Positions 1 to 10,938 of a DNA stretch of 64,000 nucleotides are shown piece by piece. Position 1 is the first letter of the stretch; every line of letters starts with the position of its first letter. The notes below the pieces were generated by a model. It saw nothing but the letters and a program-made list of their open reading frames with translations. It was not told where the DNA came from and did no database searches. The DNA lies in the NCBI GenBank assembly GCA_050949045.1, contig JBMNEZ010000001.1:1184001-1248000 (forward strand). The letters are read 5' to 3'. Position numbers and translations under genes: made by a program. The DNA is from Candidatus Izemoplasmatales bacterium. GTDB taxonomy: Bacteria; Bacillota_I; Bacilli_A; Izemoplasmatales; Hujiaoplasmataceae.

Positions 1-436
1 CGTCTTCTTCGCCGCCAATGGCTCCTACCTCAGCTTCAATCGAAATCCCCTTTTTTTTGGTTAGTTCGACCAGTTCTTTGGTTTTGGCGATATTCTCTTC
101 AATCGGATAATGCGAACCGTCGAACATGATTGAAGTGAATCCGGCCTCGATGGCTTTGAACGCACCTTCGTAACTGCCGTGGTCGGTATGGAGCGCTACC
201 GGAACTGTAATGTTCAGGCTCTCGACCATGGCTTTCACCATGGCGGCGACGACTTTGAAACCGCACATATACTTGGCGGCTCCCTCAGAGACGCCAAGGA
301 TGACAGGTGAGTTCATTTCCTCCGCCGTCAATAAGATCGCTTTGGTCCATTCGAGATTGTTGATGTTGAATTGGCCTACAGCATAGCCTTCGCTATAGGC
401 TTTCTTTAGCATTTTTTCCGCTGATACGAGACTCAT
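1..436 (-). CDS. fba: Class II fructose-1,6-bisphosphate aldolase (3' part runs off the window)
   Basis: Manual translation MSLVSAEKMLKKAYSEGYAVGQFNINNLEW...ALHTDHG...FTSIMFDGSH...EAEVG; GGGAGG RBS upstream. Confidence 0.95.
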   Translation of the reverse strand, partial: MSLVSAEKMLKKAYSEGYAVGQFNINNLEWTKAILLTAEEMNSPVILGVSEGAAKYMCGFKVVAAMVKAMVESLNITVPVALHTDHGSYEGAFKAIEAGFTSIMFDGSHYPIEENIAKTKELVELTKKKGISIEAEVGAIGGEED

Positions 437-573
437 AATATGCATACCCTCCCTAGGTTAAGAACAAGATAAATTATATCGAAATAATAAGCAAAAGTAA
501 AGGTTAATTGCCTAAGTATTATAATTAGTAACCGATATAATATACTTTAATCAATAATAATAAAATCAAAAAA

Positions 574-677
574 GGCCAAACAATGAAATGATACCGCCAA
601 CCAAAGAACTGATGAGCTTGGTTTTAGGAAAAACAAGCAAGCATGATGGTCATCCGGTTTTAAGATAATGGAACTTT
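574..677 (+). pseudogene. Remnant of phage terminase large subunit C-terminal region
   Basis: GQTMK then frameshift to MIPPTKELMSLVLGKTSKHDGHPVLR*WNF, resembling the Firmicutes phage terminase segment GQGFKDMSPPTKELMKL...HGGHPVLRW (recalled from memory). Confidence 0.6.
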
Positions 678-789
678 GCCCAGAAATCGGAAGATGTTTG
701 ATTAAGAGTGAATAAAAATTCTGTGTGAAGAAGGCGTAATTGAGAAATGCGGTGGTGGAAGGTCAACATTTTATGTTAAATTAAAATAA
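665..789 (+). pseudogene. Remnant of a winged-HTH C-terminus of Fic-family type
   Basis: IMELCPEIGRCLIKSE, frameshift, IKILCEEGVIEKCGGGRSTFYVKLK*; typical wHTH tail of Firmicutes Fic proteins. Confidence 0.6.
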
Positions 790-837
790 TCACTTAAAAA
801 TACTATTAAATTAAGGGCAAAATGAAATAGTAAAGTT

Positions 838-870
838 AAACATCTATCAGAAATGGTAGGTGTTTTTCTT
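838..870 (+). terminator. Putative intrinsic terminator after the Fic remnant
   Basis: AAACATCTATC-agaaat-GGTAGGTGTTT stem (with G-U pairs) then TTCTT. Confidence 0.45.
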
Positions 871-1075
871 ATATAAAAATATTCTCCAAAAAATATACCA
901 TTTTTAGGAGAATAGGAAATAGAAATATTTAATTTTAAACGAGTAAGAGATAAACCTAAGAACTCAATGTCTGGAAGTAAACATACATTTTATATGGGTG
1001 GATAAATTGATAGTTTCACAATTTTTTAGACCTTACTAGAAATCACTTGTAAAAACTTCTGATTCGGCCTTTCAA

Positions 1076-2389
1076 TCAAATTCCAGAGATCGGCATCTTG
1101 CTGATTTTGACGCTTGGGCAGGTGATGCCGTAGTATGATGTTTTTAGATCGTTCCCCACTAAAACAATTTTTTTCATCAATTCAATGAAGTTACCAGAAA
1201 CTGTGATCAAAGCCACCGGTTTTGTTTTGACTCCGTTTTCGATAGTGAATCCGGTTGCTTGCAATGAGAAATCGCCGCTGATTGGATTCGCTCCGGAATG
1301 TCCCCCTTGAAGATCATTGATCAGAATGCCGTCTACGACGCTCTCGACAAGTTCGTTTTGCGACTTGTCGCCGGGCAATACTTTCAAGTTGACAGCGGCG
1401 ACCGAACCGGAAAAGGCATTTCCTGTCGATTTGACACCGTCTTTGTTGGCGGTCTTCAAATTATGGAGATAGGTCTTCAATACTCCATTTTTGACAAGTT
1501 CTTTGTATTTTGTGGCGACACCCTCGTCATCAAATGAGCGACTGCGGCTGCTTTTTTTCATGAAAGGGTCATCGACAATCGTCAATTTTTCCGAACCAAT
1601 AGTGGTATCCAGCCTGTCCTTCAATAACGACATGCCTTTCTGAACATTGTCAGCGGAGAAAATTCCTTGAAAGACCAAAATCAAAAGCGCAAAAGCATTT
1701 TGGTCAAAAACGATTTCGTATTCTTTAGAAGGAACCGGTTTCGCTCCGAGCGACGCTACCGCTCTTTGAACGATCTCGTCGGCTAACTCTTCAAGTGAAA
1801 AATCCACAAAATCATTGCTTATCACAAGATCGAAAGCGTTTCTTTGGTCTTCCTCGCCTTTAACGAGGATCGAACCGCCTAACATAGCGGAATTGGCTTT
1901 ATCCATCAGTTTCAAACCCTTGGTGTTCTGAAGCGATACGGATCTGGTCGTTTCCGAATAAAAACTATCGACATAAACGACGCGCGGATCTTTTTCTTTG
2001 AGAAGCGTTTCGAGCTTCTTGACAAGTTCAATCTTGCGGGCGACATCAATCTTGGAAAGCTTTGAATTATAAGTGTCTTTCAGTTCCTCGTAGTGCTCGT
2101 CCCCTTCATAGATGATGCTTTCATCAAGAGAATCGATCGCCTTGGCATTTTCAAGCAGTTTTTCGACGATTGAATCAATCGCTTCGTCATCCATGACTTC
2201 GGTAACATAGGAAGCTAGTTTTTTGTTATAGACTCCTTTGATTGTCAGGCTTGAATAATCGGCTATCTCATATTTCTCGAGATTGCCTTTAAAGACGTTG
2301 AGTGAGAGATCGCGATTGTCGACCAAGTAAACCTGAACATCGGTGAATCCCTTCTTTTTGGCGACATCAAAGAGTTTTTGATAATTCAT
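1076..2389 (-). CDS. pmbA: TldE/PmbA family protein
   Basis: Start revised to MNYQKLF (2389, AAAGGAG RBS); SFDDEG and NPISGDFS motifs; no HExxxH; overlaps tldD. Confidence 0.9.
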   Translation of the reverse strand: MNYQKLFDVAKKKGFTDVQVYLVDNRDLSLNVFKGNLEKYEIADYSSLTIKGVYNKKLASYVTEVMDDEAIDSIVEKLLENAKAIDSLDESIIYEGDEHYEELKDTYNSKLSKIDVARKIELVKKLETLLKEKDPRVVYVDSFYSETTRSVSLQNTKGLKLMDKANSAMLGGSILVKGEEDQRNAFDLVISNDFVDFSLEELADEIVQRAVASLGAKPVPSKEYEIVFDQNAFALLILVFQGIFSADNVQKGMSLLKDRLDTTIGSEKLTIVDDPFMKKSSRSRSFDDEGVATKYKELVKNGVLKTYLHNLKTANKDGVKSTGNAFSGSVAAVNLKVLPGDKSQNELVESVVDGILINDLQGGHSGANPISGDFSLQATGFTIENGVKTKPVALITVSGNFIELMKKIVLVGNDLKTSYYGITCPSVKISKMPISGI

Positions 2390-3785
2390 CTTGTTTGGCT
2401 CCTTTCTTACCGCCGACAGTGATTTGGGAAACGCGGATCGCCGGTTGTCCGACGTCTGCCGGAATCGATCCCGATACCGAACCGCACATACCTCGTGCAC
2501 GGTCGAGATTGTTGGCGACCATATCGATCTTCATCAGGATGTCGGCTCCGTTACCGACCAATGACGCTCCTCGGACCGGTTCGGCAATTTTCCCATCACG
2601 GATCAGATAACCTTCGGAAACGGCAAAGTTGAAATCGCCGGTCCCGGGATTGACGGATCCGCCGCCCATTTTTGCGGCATACAGACCATAGGTCGTGTTT
2701 TGAATGATCTCCTCAAGGGTTGAAGTCCCATTATCAATAAAAGTATTGCTCATTCTCGATGTTGGAAAATATTTGTAGGATTCTCTTCTTGAAGAACCTG
2801 TTGGCTTATGGTTCATTCTACGCGAATTAAGGTTGTCAACCATATAACTCTTAAGAATCCCCTTATCAATCAAAACTCTTCTCTGTTGAGGATTGCCTTC
2901 GTCGTCATAGTTCGCAGATCCCCAGCCGTTTTCGATCGTGCCGTCATCGATCGCAGTCACGATGTTAGAAGCCACTCTTTGGTTGAGTTTTCCACAGAAA
3001 ACAGAAGCTTCCTTGGCGACGAAAGTCGCTTCGAGACTATGCCCGCAGGCTTCATGAAAAATGACGCCGCCAAATTTGTTGTCAATGACGACAGGCATTG
3101 TTCCGCTCGGGCATTCTTCCGCGAAAAGCATCGTTTTTGCCGTCCTGGCGGCTTCTTTGGCATAATCCTCAACATTTACATCTTCAAAAAAGTATTCGTA
3201 GCCTTTGCCGCTTCCGGGCCCTTCCGTCCCTGTCTGCATGACCCCGTCTTTCTGTGCAATCGCGGTGATATAGATTCTTTCTCTGACTCTGGTCTCACTG
3301 ACATAACGGCCATCGCTGTTGGCTATCTCAATATCCTGCACCGAATCGCCAAGGTTGACGCTCACTTGTTTGATGACCTCGTCATAATCTTTGGCTGCCT
3401 GATAGGCTTTTTTCATCAGCGAGATTTTTGCTTCCTGGCTGACATCTTTTGGGTTGATCTTTACTTGATGGCGCTTGCCAATCTCAAGAGGCATCAAAGG
3501 CATTCTCTCGATTTTGGGGCCGGAAAAGGATTTTGCCAAGTTTTTGGCAAGTTTGACCATTGTCTTTGGATTTTTCTCATTGGTATAGCCATAGACCGAT
3601 ATCAAACCCTGCGCTAGCCGAACCCCAATGCCGTAAATGCGGGAACTGGTAGCCTTTTCGATCTTCCCGCCGACCAATTGCAAGTTGTTCGCATACTTTT
3701 CTTCGACAAACACTTCCGCAAAATCGGCTCCTGTCGCCATACCGGCATCGAGGATGGCTTCGATTGTCTTTTTATCAAGCAACAT
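2367..3785 (-). CDS. tldD: TldD metalloprotease
   Basis: HEACGH metal motif, YDDEG, RMSNT, GGSV and C-terminal MCG...GQP. Confidence 0.93.
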   Translation of the reverse strand: MLLDKKTIEAILDAGMATGADFAEVFVEEKYANNLQLVGGKIEKATSSRIYGIGVRLAQGLISVYGYTNEKNPKTMVKLAKNLAKSFSGPKIERMPLMPLEIGKRHQVKINPKDVSQEAKISLMKKAYQAAKDYDEVIKQVSVNLGDSVQDIEIANSDGRYVSETRVRERIYITAIAQKDGVMQTGTEGPGSGKGYEYFFEDVNVEDYAKEAARTAKTMLFAEECPSGTMPVVIDNKFGGVIFHEACGHSLEATFVAKEASVFCGKLNQRVASNIVTAIDDGTIENGWGSANYDDEGNPQQRRVLIDKGILKSYMVDNLNSRRMNHKPTGSSRRESYKYFPTSRMSNTFIDNGTSTLEEIIQNTTYGLYAAKMGGGSVNPGTGDFNFAVSEGYLIRDGKIAEPVRGASLVGNGADILMKIDMVANNLDRARGMCGSVSGSIPADVGQPAIRVSQITVGGKKGAKQDELSKTL

Positions 3786-3797
3786 TTCTCATTCTCC

Positions 3798-5291
3798 TTA
3801 TAAATAAAGTTCGGTATATTTTTCTTTCAAATAGTTGATGTAGTAACGGGGATTGAATTCCTCCCCCGTGATTGAAACTAGGAGTTCCTTGGGTGTCTTT
3901 GAAGAGCCGTACTGGTGCATCTTCTCCTTGAGCCAGAAGTTGATCAGTTCCATCTTGTTATCTCTTATGGCTTTGTCGATGTCGATTTCCTTCTTCATGA
4001 CGTTGTAGATCTGGGCAGCATAGGCGCTACCAAGCGCGTATGTGGGAAAGTAGCCGATCATGCCACCGCTCCAATGGATATCCTGCAAGACGCCTTCCGC
4101 ATCGTTTTTGGGTTCGATGCCCAGATATTCCTTAATCGTGCGATTCCAAAGCGTAGGCAGTTCGTCGACACTTACTTTATCCTGCATAAGCAATTTCTCG
4201 ATCTCATACCTGACCATGATGTGGAGCGGATAGGTCAGTTCGTCGGCTTCAATCCTGATCAACGTTGCTTCGACATGATTGACCGCCTTATGGAACTCCT
4301 TGACAGAAATACCTTTTGTCTGTTCCGGGAAGATCTCTTGAAATTTGCGATAATGGGTTTCCCAAAAAGCTAAGCTGCGGCCAAGGATATTCTCATAAAA
4401 ACGCGATTGAGATTCGTGGATTCCCATCGAAGCCCCATTTGAAAGGAACGTGTCATCCCATTTGGTATCTATTTGTTGTTCATAGATTGCATGCCCGAGT
4501 TCGTGAATGACTGAAAAAATGCAGGAAAGCGCGTAATTTTCCAAATATCTGGTCGTCAGCCTGACATCAGCCGGCGAGGTGTTCCAGGTGAATGGGTGAA
4601 CGCTTTTCTTCAAAAGTCCCCGGTTGCGATTAAATTTCATGACATCTAGCAAGTACTCGCTGAATTCTTTTTGTTTGCTTTCGGAGTAATGCCGGAAAAC
4701 GAAATCAGCGTTCTTTTGGTTTTTCGTCTTTTCAAGGACCTTTCTCACAAAGGGGACAAGGTCATTTTTCAAGGTATCGAAGAATTGATCGTATTCCTTC
4801 ATCGACATGCCTTCCTCAAATTCGTCAAGCATGACATTGTAGGGGTCGTCATCAATGCCGTAGTAGGAAACAAAACGCCTGTTAAAGTCAAAGATCTTTT
4901 GAAGGGTATCCTTGAAGAGAGAGTAATCTGCTTTGGCTTTTGCCTCTTCCCAGTTCACTTGGGCCATTTGTAAAAGGGATTGGTACTCCACAAATTCCGC
5001 TTGCGGGATCTTGATGATCTTATCAATCTGCTTTTTGGCTCTTTTGATTTCTCTTGCGGTCAAATCGTCAAGTTCATCCTTCTTGGCGTCAAGAGCGTAA
5101 ATCAGTTCGACGTTTTCTTTCGCCACCATCAGTTTGAAGATCTCGCCACTCATGTAACCCATGACCTCTGCCCGCCTTGAAAAAGCATCGCGTGGAGCTT
5201 CAGTCTGGGAATCCCAGCTGACAAGCGCCATCATGTAGGCATAGGCTTTTTGTTTTTTGACTAAATCTCGAAATTGTTGGATCTGTTCCAT
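3798..5291 (-). CDS. M32 (Taq-like) carboxypeptidase
   Basis: HPF, HELGH, HESQ, IRIEADE, QDIHW, GYFPTY motifs. Confidence 0.95.
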   Translation of the reverse strand: MEQIQQFRDLVKKQKAYAYMMALVSWDSQTEAPRDAFSRRAEVMGYMSGEIFKLMVAKENVELIYALDAKKDELDDLTAREIKRAKKQIDKIIKIPQAEFVEYQSLLQMAQVNWEEAKAKADYSLFKDTLQKIFDFNRRFVSYYGIDDDPYNVMLDEFEEGMSMKEYDQFFDTLKNDLVPFVRKVLEKTKNQKNADFVFRHYSESKQKEFSEYLLDVMKFNRNRGLLKKSVHPFTWNTSPADVRLTTRYLENYALSCIFSVIHELGHAIYEQQIDTKWDDTFLSNGASMGIHESQSRFYENILGRSLAFWETHYRKFQEIFPEQTKGISVKEFHKAVNHVEATLIRIEADELTYPLHIMVRYEIEKLLMQDKVSVDELPTLWNRTIKEYLGIEPKNDAEGVLQDIHWSGGMIGYFPTYALGSAYAAQIYNVMKKEIDIDKAIRDNKMELINFWLKEKMHQYGSSKTPKELLVSITGEEFNPRYYINYLKEKYTELYL

Positions 5292-5394
5292 TTTTAATCA
5301 CCTTGTATTTTATTATAACACCATTGAATAAAATCATTTGTGTTTTTTGTGTAAACAAATGTTGTCAAATAGCAATGAAAAAGCGTTCTGTGTG

Positions 5395-7020
<1,626 letters not shown>

Positions 7021-7032
7021 TCACCTAAAAAT

Positions 7033-7108
7033 AAAAAAAGGATTCTCCTCTGGAGAACCCTTTTTATGGGCTCTTTTAGATTATAACAAATACCAACTTC
7101 AAAAGCAA
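7033..7108 (-). promoter_or_regulatory. pyrG sigma-A promoter with short attenuator leader
   Basis: TTGCTT-17-TATAAT (7108-7080); leader AGAGCCC-ATAAAAA-GGGTTCTCC-AGA-GGAGAATCC-T7. Confidence 0.75.
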
Positions 7109-7122
7109 TTCCTTTTTTATTA

Positions 7123-7686
7123 TTATTCGTCGTACATTTTTTCGTAGTCGTCCATGTACTCGTTATACTTGTCATCGTCGAATTCTTCGTCTTCTTCGTG
7201 GGCAATATCGCTTTCATCCTCAACGAAGTCATCTTCTTCGTCATCAAAGCCGTCGTAATCGATGTCTTCCTCTTCCTCGTCGTCTTCCTCAAATTCATCG
7301 AAGTCAAGGTCTTCCTCGTATTTGTCTTCGCTTTCCTCTTCTTCGTCGTCTTCGCTGTCCTCTTCGTCAAGTTTCTTTTCATCTTCTTCATCGTCTTCAA
7401 CGAGTTCTTCAGCAAGATCAGGGTATTCATCATAGTAATCCTTATCCCAATCTTTGGTTTTTAACCTGCTCTTGAGATCCCAGAGGTCATCACCGACATA
7501 GACGAATTTGCCGGAGATGATGAAATCAGCATAAACTTGTGAAATCAAATCATTTTTTTCTTCCTCGGAAAGATCCTTGACTTCACAGATCGCCTGATAC
7601 AATTCCACAAACGACATTGATTGCTTGTTATTGGAGAGAATCGTCTCGGCAGTTTCAAGCAGTGACATTTGGTTCCAATCAGTCAT
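7123..7686 (-). CDS. rpoE: RNA polymerase delta subunit
   Basis: N-terminal MSLLETAETIL...YADFIISGKFVYVGDDLWDL plus long D/E tail; directly upstream of pyrG as in Bacilli. Confidence 0.92.
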   Translation of the reverse strand: MTDWNQMSLLETAETILSNNKQSMSFVELYQAICEVKDLSEEEKNDLISQVYADFIISGKFVYVGDDLWDLKSRLKTKDWDKDYYDEYPDLAEELVEDDEEDEKKLDEEDSEDDEEEESEDKYEEDLDFDEFEEDDEEEEDIDYDGFDDEEDDFVEDESDIAHEEDEEFDDDKYNEYMDDYEKMYDE

Positions 7687-7690
7687 TTTT

Positions 7691-8070
7691 TCAGTTCCTT
7701 CCCTTATTTAAGTGCCAAGCCAAATTTAGGGAGTGGCTTGAAGCGCCCGACTGCCTTCAACTAGATCGTATTCCAGTTGTAAACTTTTGTCGGAAACGCT
7801 GTGTTTCCTGGTGAAAACGCTCATCATGAACTCGATACAGTCTAACTTGAACTTGCAGCTAGACTTTTTTCCGCCTTAAAATAAGAGATCGAGTTCTTCC
7901 GATCCGTCACGATTGAGATGGCCTTCCTTCTCGCTTAGTTAAAAACTGTATTTTTGCCCACTCGGATCGGTAAACACTATTTGGTTTCAATCTCTTGTCG
8001 CATCGGCGGTGAATTTTGTCATAGAAGTGCCATTGATAGCGATTTTGAACTTTAAAATGAGGTTGTCCAA
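7691..8070 (-). pseudogene. DUF1934/YwiB-like beta-barrel protein pseudogene
   Basis: TTG start with GGGTGA RBS; MDNLILKFKIAING...D*NQIVF...F*LSEK...LLF*GGKK...LQLEYDL; three in-frame stops and one 3' frameshift; upstream of rpoE. Confidence 0.7.
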
Positions 8071-8159
8071 ACAATCACCCTGGAAATGCTTAATCATTAT
8101 ATATTACTTTGATTACAAATACAAGTACCATTTTTTTACTTTTTTGTAAAGGAAATTAA

Positions 8160-9836
8160 CTAGAATAATTGATCGTCGTGCGTGAAATCCTCAAAGAGAA
8201 CATTGACAGCCATATTGTTGCAATGATCGCCGATCCTTTCAAGATTTGAAAGGATGTCCACGTAGTATCCAGCTTCGGTTTCCGAACATGAGCAATCCTG
8301 AATCCGAGTGATGTGTTTCTTGCGGTATTGTTTGACTTTCTTGTCAAGAACGCTTTCCCTGATGTTAACTTCACGGGCGAGCAAAACATCTTTATTAATA
8401 TATGCCTGAAGCGCCTCCTTGAGACTCATTCTCAAAAACTCAAAGAGATCAAGCAAATCGGCGCGGGCTTCCTCATGAAGTTCGATTTTGTTTTCGTGGC
8501 GTTCCTGGAAAAATTCAAGAATGTTTTCAAGATGATCGCCGATCCGTTCGAGATCGGTGATCGTGTCAATATCCTTGGCCAGTTGTTGGACTTGTCGGTT
8601 TTCGAGATTGCTAGCTCCGATTTTAACAAGAAAGTTATGAATCTTGTCGTCCATCCTGTCGATCATTTCTTCACATTGAATACCCATATCAAAGTCTTTA
8701 TGATCGTTCTCGAAGGCGTAGTTGAAGGCGTATTCGAACATTCCTCTCGCAACATTTCCCATGTTGATGATTGCCTTTTTGGCGTTCTCCAATGCTAGTT
8801 CCGGGGCTTCCTTGATTAGGCGCTCTTCCAAAACAACGTCATCGACTTCAATTTCATTTTTCGACGGCACAATTTTTGATATCAACCAAACCATCTGTTT
8901 CACAAAAGCAAATAACAGTAATACTGTGATGGCATTGAAAGTGACATGGGCGAGCGAGATTGTGAGTTTATCGGTCAGGTAGCCGGGTCCAAACATTTTT
9001 TCGGACACGAATGCAATCAAAGCAGTATACGGGCGTAAGAGAATGAAAAAGATGATCGTGCCGATCATGTTAAACATGACGTGGATGCCCGCCGTCCTTC
9101 TGGCGGCGGAGGTTCCGCCTATCGAAGCTATTACCGAGGTGATTGTCGTGCCGATATTATCACCGAGAACGATCGCAATCGCGCCCATCAAGGGTACGGC
9201 GCCGGTCGCATACAGCTGTTGGAGAATACCGATCGTCGCCGAAGAGGATTGGATGACAACGGTAGTGCCGATACCGGCCAAAACACCGAGAATCGGATAG
9301 TCGGCGACTGTCAAAAATATATTTTGAAAAGCCGGCAACTCCACCAGTTGAGCCAAGGCCCCGCCCATAGTCTCAAGGCCAAAAAAGAGCATTCCAAAAC
9401 TCAGGATGGCCTTGCCTAAATCCTGAACCTTACGTTTTTTAACAAAAAAAATGAGCGCGCTGCCGACAAACATGATCGGCAGGGCATATTCGCCGATTTT
9501 GAGGCCGATTAAAACCGAAGTCACGGTGGTACCGATATTTGTGCCAAAAATGACACCAACAGCTTGTGGCAGAGTCATGAGCCCCGCCTGAACCAACCCG
9601 ACGACCAAAACGGTCGTCGCCGATGAGGATTGGATTAAGCCGGTGACGATAATCCCGACAAAGATCCCTTTCAAAGGCGTGTTGGTTGATTTTTCCAAGA
9701 TCAATCTCAGTTTTGAGCCCGCAAGTTTTTTCAGCGAATCGGTCATCATAGTGATGCTGAATAGAAAAATTCCCAGGCCGCCAACGATTGCAAATACAGT
9801 TGTTTTCCAATCAATTGCCAGCAAGTATAATCCCAT
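8160..9836 (-). CDS. Na+/Pi cotransporter family protein with C-terminal PhoU-like domains
   Basis: Two QSSSATT / G(T/D)NIGTT repeats, LERIGDH twice; start revised to MGLYLL (AGGAGG RBS). Confidence 0.93.
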   Translation of the reverse strand: MGLYLLAIDWKTTVFAIVGGLGIFLFSITMMTDSLKKLAGSKLRLILEKSTNTPLKGIFVGIIVTGLIQSSSATTVLVVGLVQAGLMTLPQAVGVIFGTNIGTTVTSVLIGLKIGEYALPIMFVGSALIFFVKKRKVQDLGKAILSFGMLFFGLETMGGALAQLVELPAFQNIFLTVADYPILGVLAGIGTTVVIQSSSATIGILQQLYATGAVPLMGAIAIVLGDNIGTTITSVIASIGGTSAARRTAGIHVMFNMIGTIIFFILLRPYTALIAFVSEKMFGPGYLTDKLTISLAHVTFNAITVLLLFAFVKQMVWLISKIVPSKNEIEVDDVVLEERLIKEAPELALENAKKAIINMGNVARGMFEYAFNYAFENDHKDFDMGIQCEEMIDRMDDKIHNFLVKIGASNLENRQVQQLAKDIDTITDLERIGDHLENILEFFQERHENKIELHEEARADLLDLFEFLRMSLKEALQAYINKDVLLAREVNIRESVLDKKVKQYRKKHITRIQDCSCSETEAGYYVDILSNLERIGDHCNNMAVNVLFEDFTHDDQLF

Positions 9837-9936
9837 ATTCCCTCCTAGCATCGCTTGGGTTTGGCACGATTCCAAAACCGTTCTTATTATAGCAGATACC
9901 AATCATATATGATACCCTTCAAAAACGCTTTCATCC

Positions 9937-9964
9937 AAAAAAAGAAGGCGAAATAAACGCCTTC
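9937..9964 (-). terminator. Intrinsic terminator after the DHH pair
   Basis: GAAGGCG/CGCCTTC stem with T-tract on the minus strand. Confidence 0.65.
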
Positions 9965-9969
9965 AGAAA

Positions 9970-10938
9970 TCAGGATTGGTTTGCCAGAAGCTGTTCTTTG
10001 TATTCTTTGACCAGTTTGTCGGCATCGTCCAACAACTCATCGACCTTCTCCCAGGTCCCGAGATTGGCTCCGCAAGCCATCGGATGCCCGCCACCGTCGT
10101 ATTTGTTTGCGAGATTGTCGATTGCCGGCCCTTTGGAGCGAATCCTGGCTCTGACAATCTGGTTCTCATACTCAGCGAAAAGAATCCAAACCGGGCAGTC
10201 CGCAAGCGTTGATAATTCGTTGACGAGTGAGGTCGCCTCCTCAAGAGTGACCTGATATTTGGCGATGATTTCCGGTTTCAATTTAATATAGACGACACCG
10301 TTTGGTGTTTTTTCAAAGTTCTGCAGGACATACCCCTGCATTTTCATCAGATTTTCCGACTTAACATCGAGAATAGCCAAAATATCGGTGAAATCCAAAC
10401 CGAAATCAAGCAAATGGGCAACAGCCTTGAAGGTATCGGCGGTCACTGAGCGGTACTTGAATCTGCCGGTATCGGTAACGATGCCGGTATAAAGCGATCT
10501 GGCCGCTTCCATGTTCAGTTTAAGAATTTTGTCGAATTCAAGATAGAACTCAAGGATGATCTGCGATGTCGCCGGTCTGGTCGTGTCCACATACTGATAA
10601 TCGCCATAGTCGTCGATCGGAAGATGATGATCTATTTTGATCACATATTTGCCGAGAGAATAGCGTTGATCAGCGATTCTATCCCTCGTTGCGGTGTCGA
10701 CGACAATCACGAGGGCGTCCTTGAATTTTTCGTCGGGGATGATGTCAACATCGCCGATAAACTTAACATGTTCGGCAACATCGCCGACGACATATACTTC
10801 TTTTTCGGGAAAAGACTCATTCAATATTTCTTTAAGACCAAAGGCCGCCCCATAGCAGTCGCCATCAGGCCGGATGTGGGTATGGATGATGATAGTGTTG
10901 AACTGGAGAATTTTGTCCATAATAATTTGTTTATCCAT
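9970..10938 (-). CDS. nrnA: DHH/DHHA1 phosphoesterase (NrnA-like), copy 1
   Basis: HIRPDGD, DHH, TDTGRF, GGGHPMACG. Confidence 0.88.
   Translation of the reverse strand: MDKQIIMDKILQFNTIIIHTHIRPDGDCYGAAFGLKEILNESFPEKEVYVVGDVAEHVKFIGDVDIIPDEKFKDALVIVVDTATRDRIADQRYSLGKYVIKIDHHLPIDDYGDYQYVDTTRPATSQIILEFYLEFDKILKLNMEAARSLYTGIVTDTGRFKYRSVTADTFKAVAHLLDFGLDFTDILAILDVKSENLMKMQGYVLQNFEKTPNGVVYIKLKPEIIAKYQVTLEEATSLVNELSTLADCPVWILFAEYENQIVRARIRSKGPAIDNLANKYDGGGHPMACGANLGTWEKVDELLDDADKLVKEYKEQLLANQS

Noticed and set aside
2808..3617. Long antisense or alternate-frame ORFs (269 aa here; also 5575-6204, 18044-18646, 19293-19997)
   Set aside because: Shadow ORFs of well-supported genes with no recognisable motifs
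7876..7989. TGA-to-Trp (code 4) recoding to rescue the DUF1934 ORF
   Set aside because: Two of the three stops are TAA, and TGA ends many genuine genes here (pmbA, rpoE upstream ORF, tyrA, aroF)
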